DNA of 63,148 bases, the filler included, from Dimargaris cristalligena (Eukaryota): assembly GCA_003614675.1 (NCBI GenBank). It is 16 parts of 16 records of this genome, joined end to end, with 100 filler letters (N's around TTAATTAATTAA, not from the genome) between each part and the next. Parts side by side here need not be neighbours in the genome. Positions count along the whole stretch, not along the records: positions 59,358 to 63,148 come from ML003878.1; 15 more parts are not named here. One strand, 5' to 3'. The notes beneath the pieces are model-generated. The model did no database searches. It saw only the letters and a program-made list of their open reading frames with translations, and was not told the DNA's origin. Positions 59,509 through 63,148 of the stretch are shown here, in pieces. Both the position numbers and the translations under genes were made by a program. Numbering within the stretch: the stretch's first letter is position 1; each line of letters begins with the position of its first letter.

Positions 59509-62154
59509 TGCTCTATACTTGAGCCTCTGCCATTCCTATTAACAGTTGGATTATACCTTTATAAATAAAATAAAATCTTAACATATTATAATGAAGATTC
59601 AATAATATAAAAATTAGGCGTTTGGCTGTCCCTTAATATTTTGGCTTTTACAATATCTCTGATTTGTATGCAGTAATGTGTAAATCTTACTAAAAAAAAA
59701 CCACTCCCCCCTTCCCAAAAGGTATCCTACCCCATTTACCTACCCAATTATATGAGGGTGATAAGCCAGCCATTCACCTACAAACCTACTTTCTATCACA
59801 ATACATATAAGAGAGAAGAGGGCAGGGTATATAATGGAAAATATGACTGATGGATCATACGTCATATATTGTAGTGTGCATGTCACTTACAGCCGAATAC
59901 AACCGGATTGAACCTCAACTATAAAATAATGATACTAAAAATACACCGTTTAAGGTATCTGTAATGCTCTCCTGGATTCGAGGTAAAAAATAGATTATAA
60001 TGTAAATACAGGTCCAATTATACTACGTCGGTTATAGTATCTTCATTATAATACACTTTCCCAGCTTTAACTCCACACCATTATATGGTAAACGCCCGTT
60101 TGTTACCCAGCCACTATTCTGGTAGGCATCCATTGACTAGGAATACTATAATGGCGTACCGTCGCAAAGGAGAGAAGTCGCTTGATTAACAAAAATAAAC
60201 TCACTTATTCTTACCAGCGATCCCAAACCAGAAGGGATATTCTGAAGAATTATAGTGATTTCAGTAGTGCCAATATTACTACAGAATACCAGCTTACTAT
60301 CAAATCCATGGAAACATGATGCAGCCACCTGACTATGGATTTATTCAGGACAATTGCCCCCCCAGCGCCCATTGGTACCAAAGTAAACAACCAATGATAT
60401 AGTTTACATTGTTTATTCCGATTATAACTTGAATGGTTACCAGTAATTCTGGGACTACCAATTGTTCTAATCCATCACCAAAGGCCAAAAGGCTTCATCA
60501 TTACTATTAGGGGCGAAACATTAGACTATGGCCATGCAATGACTAGACAGGGTTTGTTTTTGATTGGCGGCAAAGCAGGTCTGATATAGTTTAACTGGAA
60601 CCATTGACAGTACATTACAATATCCGATCAGCAGTTTAATATCTACCAAAAAGGCATGTAGCAGGTGGCATTGAAGGGTCTAGCCATTATAGTTGGACTG
60701 ATCGTCCTTGGGGGAAAACAGGCCTAGAAATCCAGGGCGCTATTCCACACTGTCATCATAAATCCCTTATTTTGTAGAAGCCTCCTGTCAATAGCCTCGG
60801 CCATAACCCTATTTTAGGTCATAATACGTATCCATTGGATCTTACTAAAATACAGCAGCTATTACAATACAGTTTCATCAATTGCACATGTTCATGAAGC
60901 CATTCCTAGGCCAATTCCTAATACACCACAAAATGGAGCATTGTCTTCCATTTATACTTTGGACTAGGCACGTACATATAGTCAGCTTTGAAGAGGTAGA
61001 AAAGTACCGCCTACATGGTATTTGATTGATAAAACTACTAGTAAACTATCATATAAATACTACCTCCACCTCCAGTATCCACTAATTAATTTCATAGATT
61101 GGGCATTTCTTGCAACTGCATTCTTTGTCTCACACCAACCCGGCCCCCCTCCACCTCCAACATTCTCCTTTTCTCATTACCCCCCCCCATCCTTCTTCCA
61201 ATGGCCAGACTGCGGCCACATATCTACTTCCCCATGGCAACCTGTGCAAAGACAGGCATGTCATACCCTAGAATATTGCAAGAAGTCATCAATTCAAGTC
61301 ACCCTGAACAAGGTGACTCCCGGTATCCCTCAAGGCTAATGAGGGATTACCCCACGCATGACTCCCAGGTGGAACTTTCTGGGGCCGACCGGGGTCATAC
61401 CAACAATCCAGCCTCCAACTGATCAAAACCTTGGAGGTGCCTGCCAAAGTGCAGGTTAAATGAATATTTTTCTTCAATAAATTAATAAATTAATGTTTTT
61501 ATATGTTATTATATGTTGTTGAATGTTGTTGAATGTAAATGAATGAAGCTGGATGCAACATTCTTTTTATACTCCGATTTTTGTTATTATAGGAACTGAT
61601 CCAGGATAAAGGCTGGTAATATGGCAAATAAATTGTATTATTCCATATAGATGATAATGCCGTGGTGGCGATATGGATAATGGACGGGCTCTTGTGGATT
61701 GTCTTTGTTTGCTTCACTGGTAATTAATGAATTAGTCTGCTGAAACACTAGGGAAAAAATTTAATAATAATAAACTTAAGAAAGTAAATAGTGGAATCTT
61801 AAGATATCAGTAGGTTACTTCAAACTCCACCTTAGCTAAATCCTGCTGGCTATTAATAATATAAATAAAGAGATCTGTGGGTTACTTTGACTTTACCTTA
61901 ACTGAAAACTATAAATTATAAAATGGACTTAGGATATAAAATAATTAATTATGTAAATGTTGAGCTGTAGACTGCTTAATTACTATATCACTGTATTCCT
62001 AATTACTATTACTCTATTATTCCTTAGTTCAGTAGATATGTAGGGTTTTATATGAAAAAGAAAATATGGCATAGTAAAAACACTGGGTACTTGAACTCCA
62101 GCATTCTTAGCTGTACTCACTGGGATGATATTATGTGGATTTAATAGATGAGGT

Positions 62155-62729
62155 TATCTCCCAGGTTTACTACTCTTAGTCTATCAAGAGTCCTAAGATA
62201 GGCTTCTAATGGTAGGTAGGGCTTTGACTTGGCCAAGTGGGCTACTAGTGTTAGGTATGGTATGATACTAACCTATAAAGGCTTATACAGTTGGTTACAT
62301 AAGGGAGATGTAGTGGGTACACTTACTAGTCAGTTTGAGGGGAATGGGTATATGTGGAGTTTATTGAGGTAAACTGAGGGGAAATAATAAGCTAAGGGAT
62401 CTAACCGGTCCAAGTGGGGGGCAGTTATATATACACAGGGGACTACTCCAAAGGGAGGTCCCTGAAGGGAGATAATACTTATAAATACCAATGGATAAAA
62501 TACTAACCAGATGGTGTAAGGGTACGGAAGACTCTGTTGGGAACTGGAAGAGTCATTAGATCAGCCCAGGAGTAATTAATAGAACTCTGGAGTCCAGAAA
62601 GGGTTATATGATATAGGATGATCCCATAGTACTAGGGGTGACTATGGGAAGGTTAAATATGAGGCTATAAGGCCTAATATAGTTAGTCCATCATCATGTC
62701 TAGATTAAGCTAGATTAGAAGGGCTAGCA
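62155..62729 (-). mobile_element. Complete decayed family-A solo LTR
   Basis: Colinear reverse-complement homology to 20090-20673; flanks GAGGT/GAGAT form a one-mismatch 5-bp TSD. Confidence 0.85.
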
Positions 62730-62911
62730 GAGATAAGTATTGTTATTAATAAATGTCAAGTAAAATGCTAGAGTACTTTGATTAATAAGTGAAAATAGAT
62801 ACTGAACTTTAAATAGTAATCCTTAGATATAATAGTTAAATAGTTAGCTTTTATCATTATTTTCTGATAAAAGTAAATAAAACTGATATAATATTAGATA
62901 ATATTTAATAA

Positions 62912-63085
62912 ATTATCATTAATAGATGCCATCAACATTTTATTATTTATTGGCAATACTTACTTTGCACAATGGATAAGTCCACAGTCTATAATAATTG
63001 AAAAGTTGTTATACTCAAGTATAAAGACCATGGCAGAAACAAAATTTTAACAGCAAAAGTACAATAAACTAATAAGGTTGGCTAG
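62912..63085 (-). repeat. CpG-decayed copy of repeat family E
   Basis: Reverse complement aligns to 42115-42289. Confidence 0.75.
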
Positions 63086-63148
63086 TGTCGCCCCTCCTAA
63101 TCTGTCCTAATCCAACCGATATGACCGCCGTCATATCAGGCCGTATAG
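63086..63148 (+). repeat. Start of a CpG-retaining family-A-like LTR inserted in repeat E
   Basis: tgtcgcccctcctaatc..taatc..aggccgtatag parallels tgttggccctcctaatc..taatc..aggccttatag at 20090. Confidence 0.6.

Noticed and set aside
59520..62150. Possible decayed gene or transposon with short ORFs
   Set aside because: No recognisable motif in any frame I could read.

Overview
This is not one locus. It is 16 unrelated ~3.8-3.9 kb contigs of a eukaryotic, intron-containing, fungal-looking draft assembly, joined by 100-nt artificial spacers (N44-TTAATTAATTAA-N44). An early-diverging fungal lineage is plausible but inferred. Recognisable genes: UPF2, an SFSWAP-like splicing regulator, BRR2, RAB3GAP1, a TrhO/TSTD2 rhodanese protein, a mitochondrial-carrier-like gene, TSPO, DTD1, an F-box/LRR gene, POL1, a disabled SKI3, an RlpA/DPBB secreted protein, an aldo-keto reductase start and several orphan or secreted proteins. 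The rest is decayed mobile DNA: a Ty3/gypsy element with a dUTPase upstream of its protease, a DIRS/Ngaro-type element with RNase H, N6-adenine methyltransferase and tyrosine recombinase, a Ty1/copia element, solo-LTR families and a ~142-bp MITE. The retroelement ORFs and one repeat pair show strong CpG-deamination decay. Two inversions (RAB3GAP1 split across strands; a 315-bp inverted copy of the DTD1 3' end) look like whole-genome-amplification chimeras. I found no clearly new multi-gene system. The best leads are a secreted orphan with signal peptide + LxRR + bipartite-NLS-like architecture, the dUTPase and methyltransferase retroelement cargo, a mitochondrially targeted TrhO homologue, and an unexplained 132-nt hairpin between two TATA-like boxes. 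All family calls are from motif recognition by eye; no searches were run.
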